Shown here one piece after another: positions 1-9,671 of a stretch of 64,000 bases of DNA. The notes beneath the pieces are model-generated. The model was given only the letters and a program-made list of their open reading frames with translations. It ran no database searches and had not been told where the DNA came from. Every line of letters starts with the position of its first letter. Position 1 is the first letter of the stretch. Made by a program: the position numbers and the translations under genes. Source of the stretch: a virus; IMG/VR virus record IMGVR_UViG_3300036852_000742, positions 1-64,000 of that record. The stretch is one strand, 5' to 3'.

Positions 1-831
1 TCATGCGAACTTCTTGGCGCAGACCGGACCGATGCCAGCCTCGATCGACTTCTCATCGGTGAGGGTCCGTGCGCAGTTGCAGCACACGCCGTAGACCGCG
101 CCGAACTCTTTGGCCTGCTCCAGGGTCATCCGGTGCTCGGCGGCCAGGGTCGAGATGGCGTTGGGGGCGTAGCCGAAGGTGCGGGTTGTCGGGTCGAGCC
201 GCTTGGCGTACATGCGGCCGGATCCGTGGATCGCCTTCTGGACCTTGTAGACGACGCCGTCGAGGAGGTAAATGCCGGACTCCAGTTCGACCTTCGCGGC
301 GGGGCGCGGCTTGAACGGGGAGGCGAACAGGATGTCCAGGGCGGCGTGCGCGGCTTTGAAGGTGACCGTGTCGGACGCGGCCAGCTCGACCAGCATGTCG
401 GCCATGTCCGGGGGGGTGACCTCGCGGCGGAGGACCTCGCGGCGCAGGTTGGTCAACTGGGAGTCGGTGGCCATGCGCTCGGTCAGGCCCTCGCGCATCG
501 GGCAGGCCAGCAGCCGGTCGATCAGGTCCCGGGCGCCCCGGAGGGACATCTTCTCGACGTTCTCCGAGCCGGGAAGCCGGACCAGGCCGGTGGTGTCGCG
601 CTCGACGAGGAGGCGCTTGATGTAGCGGACCTGCGCGGGGGACAGGACGCGGACGACGCCGGTGCCGCAGGACTGGCCCGGCTTGGCGTAGCGGGTGCGC
701 TCGCTGTCGACGTGCTCGACAGGGAAGGTGTCCGGGTTTTGGCCGTTCGCCGCGATCGCGGCGTCCATGTCGGCCATCATGCAGCGGGTGCATAGGCAGT
801 CGGTGGCGTGGCCGGCGATTGTGGCGTTCAT
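1..831 (-). CDS. DUF6011-domain protein (C-terminal Zn ribbon)
   Basis: C-terminus GVCCNCARTLTDEKSIEAGIGPVCAKKF matches the DUF6011 motif; ATG 831 with GGAG RBS downstream of promoter copy 1. Confidence 0.75.
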   Translation of the reverse strand: MNATIAGHATDCLCTRCMMADMDAAIAANGQNPDTFPVEHVDSERTRYAKPGQSCGTGVVRVLSPAQVRYIKRLLVERDTTGLVRLPGSENVEKMSLRGARDLIDRLLACPMREGLTERMATDSQLTNLRREVLRREVTPPDMADMLVELAASDTVTFKAAHAALDILFASPFKPRPAAKVELESGIYLLDGVVYKVQKAIHGSGRMYAKRLDPTTRTFGYAPNAISTLAAEHRMTLEQAKEFGAVYGVCCNCARTLTDEKSIEAGIGPVCAKKFA

Positions 832-881
832 GGTGGCTCCTCGGGTCCTGTTCGGGGGTCCAGCTCCCCCTGCCACCCCCT

Positions 882-910
882 ATACTACCCGCACGGGGCA
901 CGCGGGGCAA
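882..910 (-). promoter_or_regulatory. Repeated phage promoter/operator copy 1
   Basis: TTGCCC-17 bp-TAGTAT with CCCGC-N9-GCGGG. Confidence 0.85.
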
Positions 911-945
911 ATACGTACGTGCGACGTACTGCCCCGCAATCCCGC

Positions 946-1359
946 TCACCCCCGGCTACGTGGCCAGCGTTGTATGGGAGGCGGGAAGCCGCCGGTCGGC
1001 ATGTCCGCAGCGCCGGGCGGCTTCATCCGCAACCCATCCGCCCGGTCGGCGGTGAAGTCCCGTGACGCGTCGACCAGGATCGACTGGGTGAGCGACCCGC
1101 CGATGGTGGCCCAGTCGGACCTGGTGCCGCCTGTGGACTCCCACATGCCGTCGTCTTGCCGGAGTAGATATTTGGTGCCGGCGTACAGGCGGGTCACATC
1201 GGACGGCGGAGGTGGCCCGCCGGCCATGAACACCCGGGGCCGCTCCAGGCCCTCGGTCTCGCTCGCATCTTCCATCCGTCGGGCTCCTTCGCTGTCGGGG
1301 CGCGTCATACGGGCTGGCCGCCACTTGATCCGGTCGTTACTGGTCCGCCGCGACCCCAT
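946..1359 (-). CDS. Hypothetical protein (start uncertain)
   Basis: Fills the gap in the leftward gene run. Confidence 0.4.
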   Translation of the reverse strand: MGSRRTSNDRIKWRPARMTRPDSEGARRMEDASETEGLERPRVFMAGGPPPPSDVTRLYAGTKYLLRQDDGMWESTGGTRSDWATIGGSLTQSILVDASRDFTADRADGLRMKPPGAADMPTGGFPPPIQRWPRSRG

Positions 1360-1576
1360 CGTTGGTCTCCTCTCTGGTCTGGGCTGCCATCTTCACCAGC
1401 GCGAACAGAAGGTCGACGATCGCTAGCCGGTGGAGGCCGGGCAGCTCGTGAGTGTTCGCCGCAGTCGCCATGGTGCTGGCGGCCCTGGTGAGGTGCTCGT
1501 CTGGAGTTCGGGCCAGGATCCGCTCGGTGCGCTTCCCGTGTTCCCTGGCGCTGTCGCTGTCGCTTGGTTGGGTCAT
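1337..1576 (-). CDS. Hypothetical protein
   Basis: Packed ORF in the leftward operon. Confidence 0.6.
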   Translation of the reverse strand: MTQPSDSDSAREHGKRTERILARTPDEHLTRAASTMATAANTHELPGLHRLAIVDLLFALVKMAAQTREETNDGVAADQ

Positions 1577-1581
1577 GCTGC

Positions 1582-2445
1582 TCAGTGCTCCTCATCCTCT
1601 TGAGTTGGGTCGGTAAACCCGCTGATCGCAGGGGCCACCGTCGGGCACGGCCACGCCACCATCTGCTCGGTGGTGATGGCCTTGGCGTGTTTGGTGCATG
1701 CACCGCAGACGGTGTTGCGCCCGAAGTCGATGAGCGGGAACCGGGCGGGCCAGTGGTCGTCGAACAGGTGGTGCAGGTCCGGGCGCGTCGGGGCGGTGGG
1801 CGCCGCCGGCACCGTGGTCACGGTCGCCACGTGGGTGAGGGTGGCCCTCATGCGGGACTCCCCGGTGGATGGCTGGCCCATCGCTATCGCCAACTGCGCC
1901 AGGGCGGTTGGGGCCTCGTACACCAGCACCAGGCGGGTGGCTCGCTGCTCCACCCTCATTTCGTGGCAGCCGCTGGCGTCGTCAACACCCTGGTCACGTA
2001 GCCACGCCGCTACCGCTTCGGTCTCGGAGGTCGGGGCGTAGATGGCGTGGTAGGCGGGCAGGGTCCACACCGTGGGGCCGGGTTTGTCGTCGCCGAGGCG
2101 GCGGCGGACCAACTGTTCCTGCTCGGCGGTGTCCCGGGCGTCGCGGGCGGCCTGCTCGGCTTCGGCCTCGGCGGCTGCTTGCGCGTTGATCCGGTCGTAC
2201 AGGTCAGGGTCGGTGGCGTACTCCCGGACCTGCACCTGCTCGGCGGCCTCCCTGGTCGGATGGCGGAACGAGTAGCCGGCCGGGCCGTACGACGCCCACC
2301 GCTGCCCGTCCGGGACGTCACCAGCGCTGCACCAGTACGCGCCGCCGATCCGCCGGCCGTCGACCAGGATCACAGAGTCTTCGATGCCGCCCTCGTAGCC
2401 GGCGTGGGCCCATGCCCTTTCAACGGTGAACGCTGCGGTAGCCAT
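1582..2445 (-). CDS. Hypothetical protein
   Basis: 287-aa ORF with protein-like composition, abuts neighbours. Confidence 0.75.
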   Translation of the reverse strand: MATAAFTVERAWAHAGYEGGIEDSVILVDGRRIGGAYWCSAGDVPDGQRWASYGPAGYSFRHPTREAAEQVQVREYATDPDLYDRINAQAAAEAEAEQAARDARDTAEQEQLVRRRLGDDKPGPTVWTLPAYHAIYAPTSETEAVAAWLRDQGVDDASGCHEMRVEQRATRLVLVYEAPTALAQLAIAMGQPSTGESRMRATLTHVATVTTVPAAPTAPTRPDLHHLFDDHWPARFPLIDFGRNTVCGACTKHAKAITTEQMVAWPCPTVAPAISGFTDPTQEDEEH

Positions 2446-2446
2446 G

Positions 2447-3178
2447 TCAGCGCCCCAGGGTGTCGAGCCAGTGGCGGACGGCCGCGTGACCGGTGGTGAA
2501 CCCGTGGCCTCGGGCCTCCTCGCGGCGGGTCCACGTCAGGCACTCGTCGACCGTCCACGCCGGGAAGGCAGCCAATTCGGCGCGGATGGTGTTTTCGCTG
2601 ACGGCCAGTGCTCCTGCTCCTGGCAGGATCTCGACGGCCTTCAACCAGCGGATGACCCGGCCGACGGTGACAGCAGTACCCCTGCCCGACGCGAGGGTGA
2701 ACCGGCCGGCGGGCCCGTCCGCAGTGAACCGCCACTCCCTGTCTGGCTCGGCGGCGTGCGTCCAACGCTCCACAGTGATCGCCGCCCGGCCGGGGTCGAC
2801 CGCCCGCCAGCGCAGGATCCCCGAGTCCGGGGTGTAGGTGTCCCGGTCGCGGCGGAACCGCAGGCCGATGTCGTGCAGGTTCGCCACCAGCTCGAACACG
2901 AGCCGGCGATCATGGGCCTGCACCAGCGCGGTCAGCATCCGGTACGCCTCGGCGGGGGTCGTCGCGACCCACGCCGCACCCTCCTCGGCAGGACGCGGCA
3001 CGAACTGTCTCCCCCCGAGTGTTGCCGGCGGGCCCCCGTAGGTGACCGACCAGGGCAGCAACAGGAACCCCGGGTCCTGCCGCACGCGGCGGCTGTCTCG
3101 GAACCTCCACCACCAGACGGCCAGGGCGACGGCGACGGCACCCAGGCCAATGACGGCTCCCAGCCAGTGCGACCTCAT
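2447..3178 (-). CDS. Hypothetical protein with N-terminal membrane anchor
   Basis: ATG 3178 after GGAGGT; hydrophobic WLGAVIGLGAVAVALAVWWW. Confidence 0.65.
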   Translation of the reverse strand: MRSHWLGAVIGLGAVAVALAVWWWRFRDSRRVRQDPGFLLLPWSVTYGGPPATLGGRQFVPRPAEEGAAWVATTPAEAYRMLTALVQAHDRRLVFELVANLHDIGLRFRRDRDTYTPDSGILRWRAVDPGRAAITVERWTHAAEPDREWRFTADGPAGRFTLASGRGTAVTVGRVIRWLKAVEILPGAGALAVSENTIRAELAAFPAWTVDECLTWTRREEARGHGFTTGHAAVRHWLDTLGR

Positions 3179-3182
3179 GTCA

Positions 3183-3542
3183 CTACCTCCTGTTTCGGCG
3201 TGCGGCGACGTTGCGGGGGTGGTTACGGCCAGTGCCGGCACGCGACGCGGCGGACGTGGCCTCGCTGATCTCGTCTTCGCTCTTGCCCTCGGTGCGTAGT
3301 TGGATGGCCAACCGGGCGGCGCGCAGGTTCCAGACCATCGCGACGAGTGCCTGGTTGGGATCTTCGATGCGATCGTCAACGGTGGTCTCCCACACGAACC
3401 AGGGGGCGGCGAGGTTGTCGGCCTCAACCCGGAAGTACCGGCCGGCCAGTTCGGCATAGCGGGTCCGGTACGGGTTGGTCAGCCGGGGATTCCACGGCGC
3501 GGTCTGGGAGAGGCGGATCGTCTTGGGAGGCATCGTGGTCAC
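3183..3542 (-). CDS. Hypothetical protein
   Basis: 4-nt overlap with upstream gene. Confidence 0.65.
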   Translation of the reverse strand: MTTMPPKTIRLSQTAPWNPRLTNPYRTRYAELAGRYFRVEADNLAAPWFVWETTVDDRIEDPNQALVAMVWNLRAARLAIQLRTEGKSEDEISEATSAASRAGTGRNHPRNVAARRNRR

Positions 3543-3850
3543 CGGGCCGCAGGTACGGGTTGGGGGGCGTGGCAGCCGGGGCCGTAGTCCTTGGTTTTGA
3601 CGTTGCAGTGCTGGCCCCAGGTGGTGGTGTAGACCTCGCGGGCGATGCCGTCGACCGAGATGACCCAGTAGGCGATGCGCTTAGCGGTACGGGTGTCGGT
3701 GTCGACGTCGAGGAGGAGGCCGGTCTTGGTGGCTGCGAGGAAGTCGAGCATCGGGCCAGGGCCGTCGATCTCGGTGTGCCAGCCATCGGCGCGCGAGTCG
3801 GTGTCGAGCCAGTTGTGCCTCGCGTCGAATGCCTGGACCAAGTACCGCAT
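3539..3850 (-). CDS. Hypothetical protein
   Basis: ATG 3850 with GGAGGAG RBS; first gene after promoter copy 2. Confidence 0.7.
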   Translation of the reverse strand: MRYLVQAFDARHNWLDTDSRADGWHTEIDGPGPMLDFLAATKTGLLLDVDTDTRTAKRIAYWVISVDGIAREVYTTTWGQHCNVKTKDYGPGCHAPQPVPAAR

Positions 3851-3896
3851 CTCAATCTCCTCCGGCGGGGGCCTCCAGCGGGCCCCTTCACTGACT

Positions 3897-3925
3897 ACAT
3901 TACCCGTGATCGCTTCGCGGGGCAA
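3897..3925 (-). promoter_or_regulatory. Repeated phage promoter/operator copy 2
   Basis: TTGCCC-17 bp-TAATGT. Confidence 0.85.
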
Positions 3926-4199
3926 TACCGTCGCCGGTTTCGGCCTCACGTACCCGCGCCTCGTGCTCGGCGACCGCCCGAGCCCACTCCTCCCGGCGGA
4001 TCCGCCCGTACCGGCGGGACGCGGCGACCCACCCACCCAGCACAGCCGCGAACACTCCCCACGCCGCCGCCGGCAGCGACGCCCCGACCCCGCCGAACCC
4101 GCACGTCACAGCCGCCGCGAACAGCCCGGTGATCACTGTCGTTATGGCCGCACAACCCGACACCTCTCTCGCCAGGCTGCCCTTCCGTGTCTGGGTCAC
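3900..4199 (-). CDS. Small membrane protein
   Basis: Two hydrophobic segments. Confidence 0.5.
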   Translation of the reverse strand: MTQTRKGSLAREVSGCAAITTVITGLFAAAVTCGFGGVGASLPAAAWGVFAAVLGGWVAASRRYGRIRREEWARAVAEHEARVREAETGDGIAPRSDHG

Positions 4200-4200
4200 G

Positions 4201-4902
4201 TCAACCACCACCCCTGCCAACGGTCGCCGCCACCCCAAGACCGGCCCGGCGGCCGGCAGGCCGCCACACCAACCGGGAGTGGCGGCGGGGCCAGAAGCCC
4301 AGCCACTGGTCAGGCCAGAGCCCGAGCCCTGACGAGGTTTCCGCCGACCAGCGGGCCGGCGGGGTGTCCCCCACGATGCGGCGAATGTCGGTGGCGGTCA
4401 GCGCCCGGCGTGAACGGTGCAGGGCGTCGGTGACCGCCTGGACGGCAGCCCAGTTGCCGGCGATGCGCCGCACAGCCTGGCTCCAGGCAACCTCTGCGAT
4501 GTGGAGCACGGTCCAGTCCCGGTCGACCACCGGGACCAGGGCGTCGCCGTCCTGCGCGCGGTGCCATGCGTACCGGGCACCCGCACGCATGATCCGCAGG
4601 TCGTCCCGTCCGCCGTCGACAATATGGGCACGGAACTGGCCGCCGAAGGACTGCCACAGGTGCAGGTCCTCGGCGACCATGCCGGCCGCGCCCACCACCA
4701 GCTCCGGCATCCACCGGCCAGCGCACTGCAACGCCCAGCTAGCCCCAGGTGTGGGCATGATCTGCCCGCCGAACCCGCCGCGCGGGCGGAGGGTCACATA
4801 CCGGTACGGCCAGCCCACGGCGAGCGCGGCCACAGCGTGACCGGCCTCGTGGGCGGCGACCGACCGGTCCCACACGGCTTGGTGGCTCGCTGACAGTCTC
4901 AT
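4201..4902 (-). CDS. HExxH metallopeptidase-like protein (M41/M50-like motif)
   Basis: VAAHEAGHAVAALAVG and AAGMVAE motifs. Confidence 0.65.
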   Translation of the reverse strand: MRLSASHQAVWDRSVAAHEAGHAVAALAVGWPYRYVTLRPRGGFGGQIMPTPGASWALQCAGRWMPELVVGAAGMVAEDLHLWQSFGGQFRAHIVDGGRDDLRIMRAGARYAWHRAQDGDALVPVVDRDWTVLHIAEVAWSQAVRRIAGNWAAVQAVTDALHRSRRALTATDIRRIVGDTPPARWSAETSSGLGLWPDQWLGFWPRRHSRLVWRPAGRRAGLGVAATVGRGGG

Positions 4903-5090
4903 TGCCCGCCGCCCGCCCTCCTGCACCTGCGCCTACTTCTTGCCAGCAGTCCCCAGCCGATCGCGGCGACAGCGAAGCATGCGGCCGTGACCGTCTTGTC
5001 GTTGAAGGCCGCGAGTAGGGCCGCGATCCCACAGCCGGCGGAGAGTGCCGCGAACGTTTCAGGCGGCCAGGTCAGTGGTCGTATCATCAT
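4899..5090 (-). CDS. Small membrane protein
   Basis: 63 aa with two hydrophobic helices; overlaps both neighbours. Confidence 0.55.
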   Translation of the reverse strand: MMIRPLTWPPETFAALSAGCGIAALLAAFNDKTVTAACFAVAAIGWGLLARSRRRCRRAGGGQ

Positions 5091-5806
5091 CGGTCAGCCC
5101 CGCCACCGACGCGCAGGATCTCGGCGCTGGCCACCAGTTCCTCATCGATCTTCCAGTCGCCGAAGTAGCCGCCGTTCGTGCCGCGCCACTGCGCCGTCGC
5201 GGTCGGGTGGTCCTTGATGTAGGCGACGGTGGCCGACGCGACCACGGACCCCGCTGGCAGGTCGGCGGCATTCCGTACCTCATCCGGTGCCTCACCCAGG
5301 TCGACCGGCGCGGGGACGACCGACATGTAGGGCGGCGGGTCTTCGAGGTGGCGGTGTGGGGGCAGGTCCCTCACCTCCAGCACGGTGCCGGGCTCAGGCT
5401 CCAGGCGCACGTTGACCCTTGATCCGCCGGAGTCGGGGAAACCCCCGGCAATGAGGATGACATCGTCACCGAGGCGTACCGGCACATCGCGGCCAGACCG
5501 GTAGGCGACGCGCCGGCCAGCGAACCACAACGCGTCGTCGGGGTAATCCCACCCTGTGCCGGTAAGGCTCACCTGGACCGTGGTGGGTGTGTACGCGCTG
5601 CCGTCGGAGCCGTACACGTCGCGGCACAGGGCCTTGACGCGGGCCAGGTCGCGGCGGTCGAACGTCCACCCTCCGGAGCTGAACTTGCCGCCGATCCTCT
5701 TGGCTGCGGGCCCGAAGTCCGGGTGGTAACTGGCCACGATGGTGACGGTGTGCTCGGTCATGGACAGGTCGACCGGGTTCCTGAACGGAATCGGTGGCAT
5801 GGTCAT
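5087..5806 (-). CDS. Hypothetical protein
   Basis: GGAGG RBS; 4-nt overlaps. Confidence 0.7.
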   Translation of the reverse strand: MTMPPIPFRNPVDLSMTEHTVTIVASYHPDFGPAAKRIGGKFSSGGWTFDRRDLARVKALCRDVYGSDGSAYTPTTVQVSLTGTGWDYPDDALWFAGRRVAYRSGRDVPVRLGDDVILIAGGFPDSGGSRVNVRLEPEPGTVLEVRDLPPHRHLEDPPPYMSVVPAPVDLGEAPDEVRNAADLPAGSVVASATVAYIKDHPTATAQWRGTNGGYFGDWKIDEELVASAEILRVGGGADR

Positions 5807-6036
5807 GCCTCCTTCGGTGGGTACAGGCAGTACCAACCCGCGTGGTTCGGGTCGGCCGTGGCGACGATCAGCCCGGCGTTGATTGCCCGCTCCACGATGC
5901 GCGAGCCGTAGGCGTTGGAGCCGTGCGGGCCGACCGCCAGGGAGACCTCCAGCTTGGTGCAGCCCGGGTTGTCGGTGACGTACTGGGCGGCCAAAGCCAT
6001 CCGGAAGCCGATCCGCTTGGCTTTAGTGGTGGTCAT
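5803..6036 (-). CDS. Hypothetical protein (possible winged helix)
   Basis: Packed ORF with AAGGAG RBS. Confidence 0.65.
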   Translation of the reverse strand: MTTTKAKRIGFRMALAAQYVTDNPGCTKLEVSLAVGPHGSNAYGSRIVERAINAGLIVATADPNHAGWYCLYPPKEA

Positions 6037-6287
6037 GACGTGGTCTCCTTCGGTTTGTGCTTGCGGACCACGCCGACGGCCTGGGTGCCGGGCGCGCGGC
6101 GGCGCGCGGCTTCGCGGCGGAGACGACGGGCGACGGTGGCAAGTGCAGTCAAGTTCTCGCCGTCGTCGTCAGGGTCGCCCTCGTACGCCTCCAGCCACTC
6201 CGCTGCGAACTCCAGGTCATCGGTGGTGGTGCGGCGCCGGGCAGTGACCTCCCCGGCGTCTGACAGCGCCCTGACAGTGGCGTGCAT
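6033..6287 (-). CDS. Hypothetical protein
   Basis: GAGGAGG RBS; 4-nt overlap. Confidence 0.65.
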   Translation of the reverse strand: MHATVRALSDAGEVTARRRTTTDDLEFAAEWLEAYEGDPDDDGENLTALATVARRLRREAARRRAPGTQAVGVVRKHKPKETTS

Positions 6288-6335
6288 GGGGGTCTTCCTC
6301 CTCAGTCAAGAAAGGAACAACGGCAGTGGAAGCGG

Positions 6336-6821
6336 TCAGAGCGGGCTGGCCGGGTTGTCCACCCAGATGTCGACGACGGCCCCGCCGATGGTGAGCGGGC
6401 CCGGCAGGGAGACTCCGGGGCTACACGGGCACATGTCGCAGCCGGCGCTGAGGTTGAACCGGGCGTTCTCGACCGCGTCGTTCAGGTCACCCTCGACCAG
6501 GTCGGCGAGCAGAGGCAGCACCGCCCGTGCGATGGCCAGGCAGGTGAGCATGTAGCGGGCGTTCATCTCGACGTACAGGGCGTCGACCTCCGGGTGGTCG
6601 CCGCCGTGCGCCACGTCCACGCAGTTGCGCAGCTCGCCGAGTTCAGACTCACGGCGGCACAGGTCGGCGTACGTGGTGTCTTCGCGCTCCGCCAAGCCGC
6701 CGTCGACGAACATGGCGGTCAGGATGCCCTCGGGCTCGCGGCGCGGGCGGATCCGCACGGCGAAACGGTCGGTGGTGACCGTGTACAGGCCGGTTTCGTC
6801 CGGGCCGGTGGTGGTGGTCAT
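6336..6821 (-). CDS. Hypothetical protein
   Basis: 161-aa ORF containing AGCDMCPCSPG. Confidence 0.7.
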   Translation of the reverse strand: MTTTTGPDETGLYTVTTDRFAVRIRPRREPEGILTAMFVDGGLAEREDTTYADLCRRESELGELRNCVDVAHGGDHPEVDALYVEMNARYMLTCLAIARAVLPLLADLVEGDLNDAVENARFNLSAGCDMCPCSPGVSLPGPLTIGGAVVDIWVDNPASPL

Positions 6822-6856
6822 GGTGTCCGTCTCCCTGGGGTCGGGTGGGGTGCGGG

Positions 6857-7267
6857 TCAGTGCTCGTAGCGGTCGTGGATCGCCACGGCGCCGTACATCT
6901 CGGTCAGGGAGCTGTACCCGCCGGTGTCGGCGGCGGCGTAGTTCCCGCCGGCCATTCCCCTGCGGCCGGCGAGGTACGCGGCTGCGGGTACCAGGTTCAC
7001 GATGCGACCGAGGTTGCCCACCCTGCGGATGATCAGCAGGACGGCGGGCTGGTCGTCGGATGGTGCGGCGACCTGGCTGGCCAAGGGCAGCGGGACTACG
7101 ACCCTGGTGAATACCGAGGTGCCTCGCTCGTCGACGACCCCGACCAGGGTCAGGATGTTGTGGGCTGAGCTGACGCCGCCGAGGGTTGAGTCACCGCGCC
7201 GCGCCGGCCGGAGCACATCGAGGCGGATGCCTCTGGCGGTGGTCGGGTCGAAGTCGTCCATGTCCAT
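6857..7267 (-). CDS. Hypothetical protein
   Basis: AAGGAG RBS; first gene after promoter copy 3. Confidence 0.7.
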   Translation of the reverse strand: MDMDDFDPTTARGIRLDVLRPARRGDSTLGGVSSAHNILTLVGVVDERGTSVFTRVVVPLPLASQVAAPSDDQPAVLLIIRRVGNLGRIVNLVPAAAYLAGRRGMAGGNYAAADTGGYSSLTEMYGAVAIHDRYEH

Positions 7268-7310
7268 CTCCTTGGTTGGTTCGGGGGTCCAGCACCCCCT
7301 GCCACTCCCT

Positions 7311-7339
7311 ACACTACCCGCGCGCCACGCGCGGGGCAA
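7311..7339 (-). promoter_or_regulatory. Repeated phage promoter/operator copy 3
   Basis: TTGCCC-17 bp-TAGTGT. Confidence 0.85.
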
Positions 7340-7351
7340 TACGTAGGCGTG

Positions 7352-7410
7352 AGAAAAAGGGGTGCGGGGCTGCCCTCCCCTCCGCCACAGAGAGAGAACA
7401 GCCCCGCACC
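7352..7410 (-). terminator. Intrinsic terminator
   Basis: GGTGCGGGGCTG...CAGCCCCGCACC stem followed by a T-tract on the minus strand, after gene 7430..7696. Confidence 0.7.
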
Positions 7411-7429
7411 AACTGGAGGGAGGAAAGTC

Positions 7430-7696
7430 TCAGGCCGCTTCCACAAGCCGCGTCAAATGCCCGACGTAGATCGTGAGGGGGTACGCCACCCGGTCGGCAT
7501 TGAGCAGGAGCATCACCCACTGACGTACCGGGTCGTACGTCAGGTCAGCCAGCTTCCCGGACACGGTCTGAGGGCCGCTGGAGCGACCGGTGCGGTACGT
7601 CACGGTGACCCGTTGGCCGACGAAGTGGCGGGCGTACTGAGCGCGCCTGTCGACCGGGACACCGCTGATCGCGCGGAGCTTCGGGGCTGTGCTCAT
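7430..7696 (-). CDS. Hypothetical protein
   Basis: 4-nt overlap with upstream gene. Confidence 0.6.
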   Translation of the reverse strand: MSTAPKLRAISGVPVDRRAQYARHFVGQRVTVTYRTGRSSGPQTVSGKLADLTYDPVRQWVMLLLNADRVAYPLTIYVGHLTRLVEAA

Positions 7697-7944
7697 CGCT
7701 GCGCTCCGAAGTGTTGACGGATCTTCGCCGATGCGCGCGCTTCGGTTTGCGGTAGCGAGAACTGCAAGGTTCCGCGCGTCTGCACCCAGGTCGGTTCGAT
7801 GTCACCGGGAGCGACGCCCCAGATGAACAGACCCCCGCCGCAGCCGTCGGTGCGGTACCGCGTGACCGTGCCGTCCTCCCGCCTGATCTCCCACTCCCAC
7901 GCACCGGACTCGCGGCGCGAAAGCGATACCAGTCGTCGACTCAT
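7693..7944 (-). CDS. Hypothetical protein
   Basis: Packed ORF. Confidence 0.6.
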   Translation of the reverse strand: MSRRLVSLSRRESGAWEWEIRREDGTVTRYRTDGCGGGLFIWGVAPGDIEPTWVQTRGTLQFSLPQTEARASAKIRQHFGAQR

Positions 7945-8011
7945 TTCCGTGGTCCCTTCTCCTCCAGTGGCGCTCGGCTGGAGGGCCGACAGCCCCCCAG
8001 CCCGTGCTGGG

Positions 8012-8716
8012 CTACTTCTTCGGGGGTTGGTGCTTGCGGATCCTGCCGGCCTGGGTGACGGTCTGGGATTCGCCGCAGCCGCTGCACTTGCCGTAGTAGT
8101 TCATGCCCACCCGCCACGCTGCGGCTGTAGGGGCCTTGGTGGAGCCGGGGCAGTGGTCGATGGCCGGCTTGCCGACGGTCCACTCGACCGGGGCTGTCGG
8201 GAAGCACACGGTGCACATGTGCGGGCCCAGCTCGGCGACCGCTTCGGCTTCGGTCTTGCCCGACAACTTCGGGTTCCAGCCATGGTCTGTGGTGGGCTGG
8301 CGGGAGCAGCGGCGGCTGGAGATGTCGCAGTGGATGTGCCCGCCGGGGACCACGAAGAACCGTGACCAGCCGCCGCGCCGGGTGAACTCGGCGTCTAGGA
8401 CGGCCTGCTCGGCGGCGAGGGCAGCCAGTGTGGTCGTGGCGGTGTCGAAGGCGGCGACGGCTTTGGCCGGGTCGGCCATGTCCCACGGCTTGACCTGGTG
8501 CCCGGCGGCGACTCGGTCGCGGCACTTGGCGATGGCCTGGTCGTCTGTGGTGGGCCAGGTGGGCCGGTTCCGGGAGGCGTGCTGGCGGTGCTCACCGAGC
8601 GCGCGGTGCGCGCCTGCGGCTGCGATTTCCTTGGCCCGCTCGGCCTGGGCCTCTTGGCGGTACAGGTCGGCGAGCTTCTCGTCGATCTCTCGCGGGGTGG
8701 CGGTTGCGAGGTTCAT
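8012..8716 (-). CDS. Actinophage-type Cys/His-rich hypothetical protein
   Basis: GGWSRFFVVPGGHIH...MCTVCFPTAPVEW; AAGGAG RBS; after promoter copy 4. Confidence 0.75.
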   Translation of the reverse strand: MNLATATPREIDEKLADLYRQEAQAERAKEIAAAGAHRALGEHRQHASRNRPTWPTTDDQAIAKCRDRVAAGHQVKPWDMADPAKAVAAFDTATTTLAALAAEQAVLDAEFTRRGGWSRFFVVPGGHIHCDISSRRCSRQPTTDHGWNPKLSGKTEAEAVAELGPHMCTVCFPTAPVEWTVGKPAIDHCPGSTKAPTAAAWRVGMNYYGKCSGCGESQTVTQAGRIRKHQPPKK

Positions 8717-9383
8717 GGGTTCTGCTCCTTGGGTTGGGGTCCAGCTCCCCTTCACCTCCTACCTTACCCGCACATGGTGCGCGGGGCAATACGCCAGCCT
8801 CAGGGATTCCCGCCGCGCGGCGGGGCGCTTCGGGGACCTGCGCTAGCGAGACGCCCAGTGGCAGCGGCCCGGAGGAGGCGGAGCCACGAAGTCGGGTTCG
8901 CGGGCGGCGGGCGCACCCGTCCGCGTGGCCGTCCTCGTTGTCGCGCGGGTGCCCGTTGTACGGGCCCCGGTCCGTGATGTGCTGGCCGCACCCGAGCAGG
9001 CCGCCGCACCGCCAGTACACCCGGGCGTCCGAGAACGTCCCGGGCTCGATGCCCGCGACCAGTTGGTACGCCCGCTCCGGCCGCACATACTCCTCAGACC
9101 AGGGGATCTCCAGGAGATCGGCGATCTCCGGCCACGAGGAACCCTCGCCACGCAGTGCGGCGGCGAACTTGTACGCCTGGTCTTGGGCCATGCGGGCTAC
9201 GGTCAGCGCGGCGCGCAGCCCGGCGAGGGGCCGGGGTTCGGGCCAACCGAAGTCCGACTCGGGGCGTATCTTGCGCTCGAACATCTGACCTGCGGGCACA
9301 GCGGCCCTCACAGCCCGGTCGACGACTGTACGGACCTGGGCGAGGTCCACGTCAGGGTCGGCACGCCGGTCGGCGGCGGTCAT
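8592..9383 (-). CDS. Hypothetical HTH/Zn-ribbon protein; 3' end probably aberrant
   Basis: LRGEGSSWPEIADLL HTH-like segment and WRC..GCGQHITD motif; the tail runs through promoter copy 4 into the next gene. Confidence 0.55.
   Translation of the reverse strand: MTAADRRADPDVDLAQVRTVVDRAVRAAVPAGQMFERKIRPESDFGWPEPRPLAGLRAALTVARMAQDQAYKFAAALRGEGSSWPEIADLLEIPWSEEYVRPERAYQLVAGIEPGTFSDARVYWRCGGLLGCGQHITDRGPYNGHPRDNEDGHADGCARRPRTRLRGSASSGPLPLGVSLAQVPEAPRRAAGIPEAGVLPRAPCAGKVGGEGELDPNPRSRTHEPRNRHPARDRREARRPVPPRGPGRAGQGNRSRRRAPRAR
8761..8789 (-). promoter_or_regulatory. Repeated phage promoter/operator copy 4
   Basis: TTGCCC-17 bp-TAAGGT. Confidence 0.85.
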
Positions 9384-9386
9384 GGG

Positions 9387-9671
9387 TCAGAGCCTCTGGC
9401 CGTAGACCACGACGTCGCCGCTAACCAGCCGAGCGGGCTGGCGTTTCTCTCCCAGCACCCACACTCGGGCGGTCGCGTTCGCAACGCTGACCACCTTGAC
9501 GCGGTCGATGATCGGCCCGAGCGGGTCGCCAAGGTAATAGCCGGTGAACTCGCCAAGACGATGAGCGGGCACCTCGAAACGTTCTCGTGGCGCCCGCGAG
9601 CAGTAGTCCGCGTGGCGGGTGTCGGTGGTGCCGCACTCCGGGCAGCCGTTGTCAGGGGCCAGATTCGACAT
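9387..9671 (-). CDS. Hypothetical protein (CPEC Zn ribbon)
   Basis: AAGGAG RBS. Confidence 0.65.
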   Translation of the reverse strand: MSNLAPDNGCPECGTTDTRHADYCSRAPRERFEVPAHRLGEFTGYYLGDPLGPIIDRVKVVSVANATARVWVLGEKRQPARLVSGDVVVYGQRL

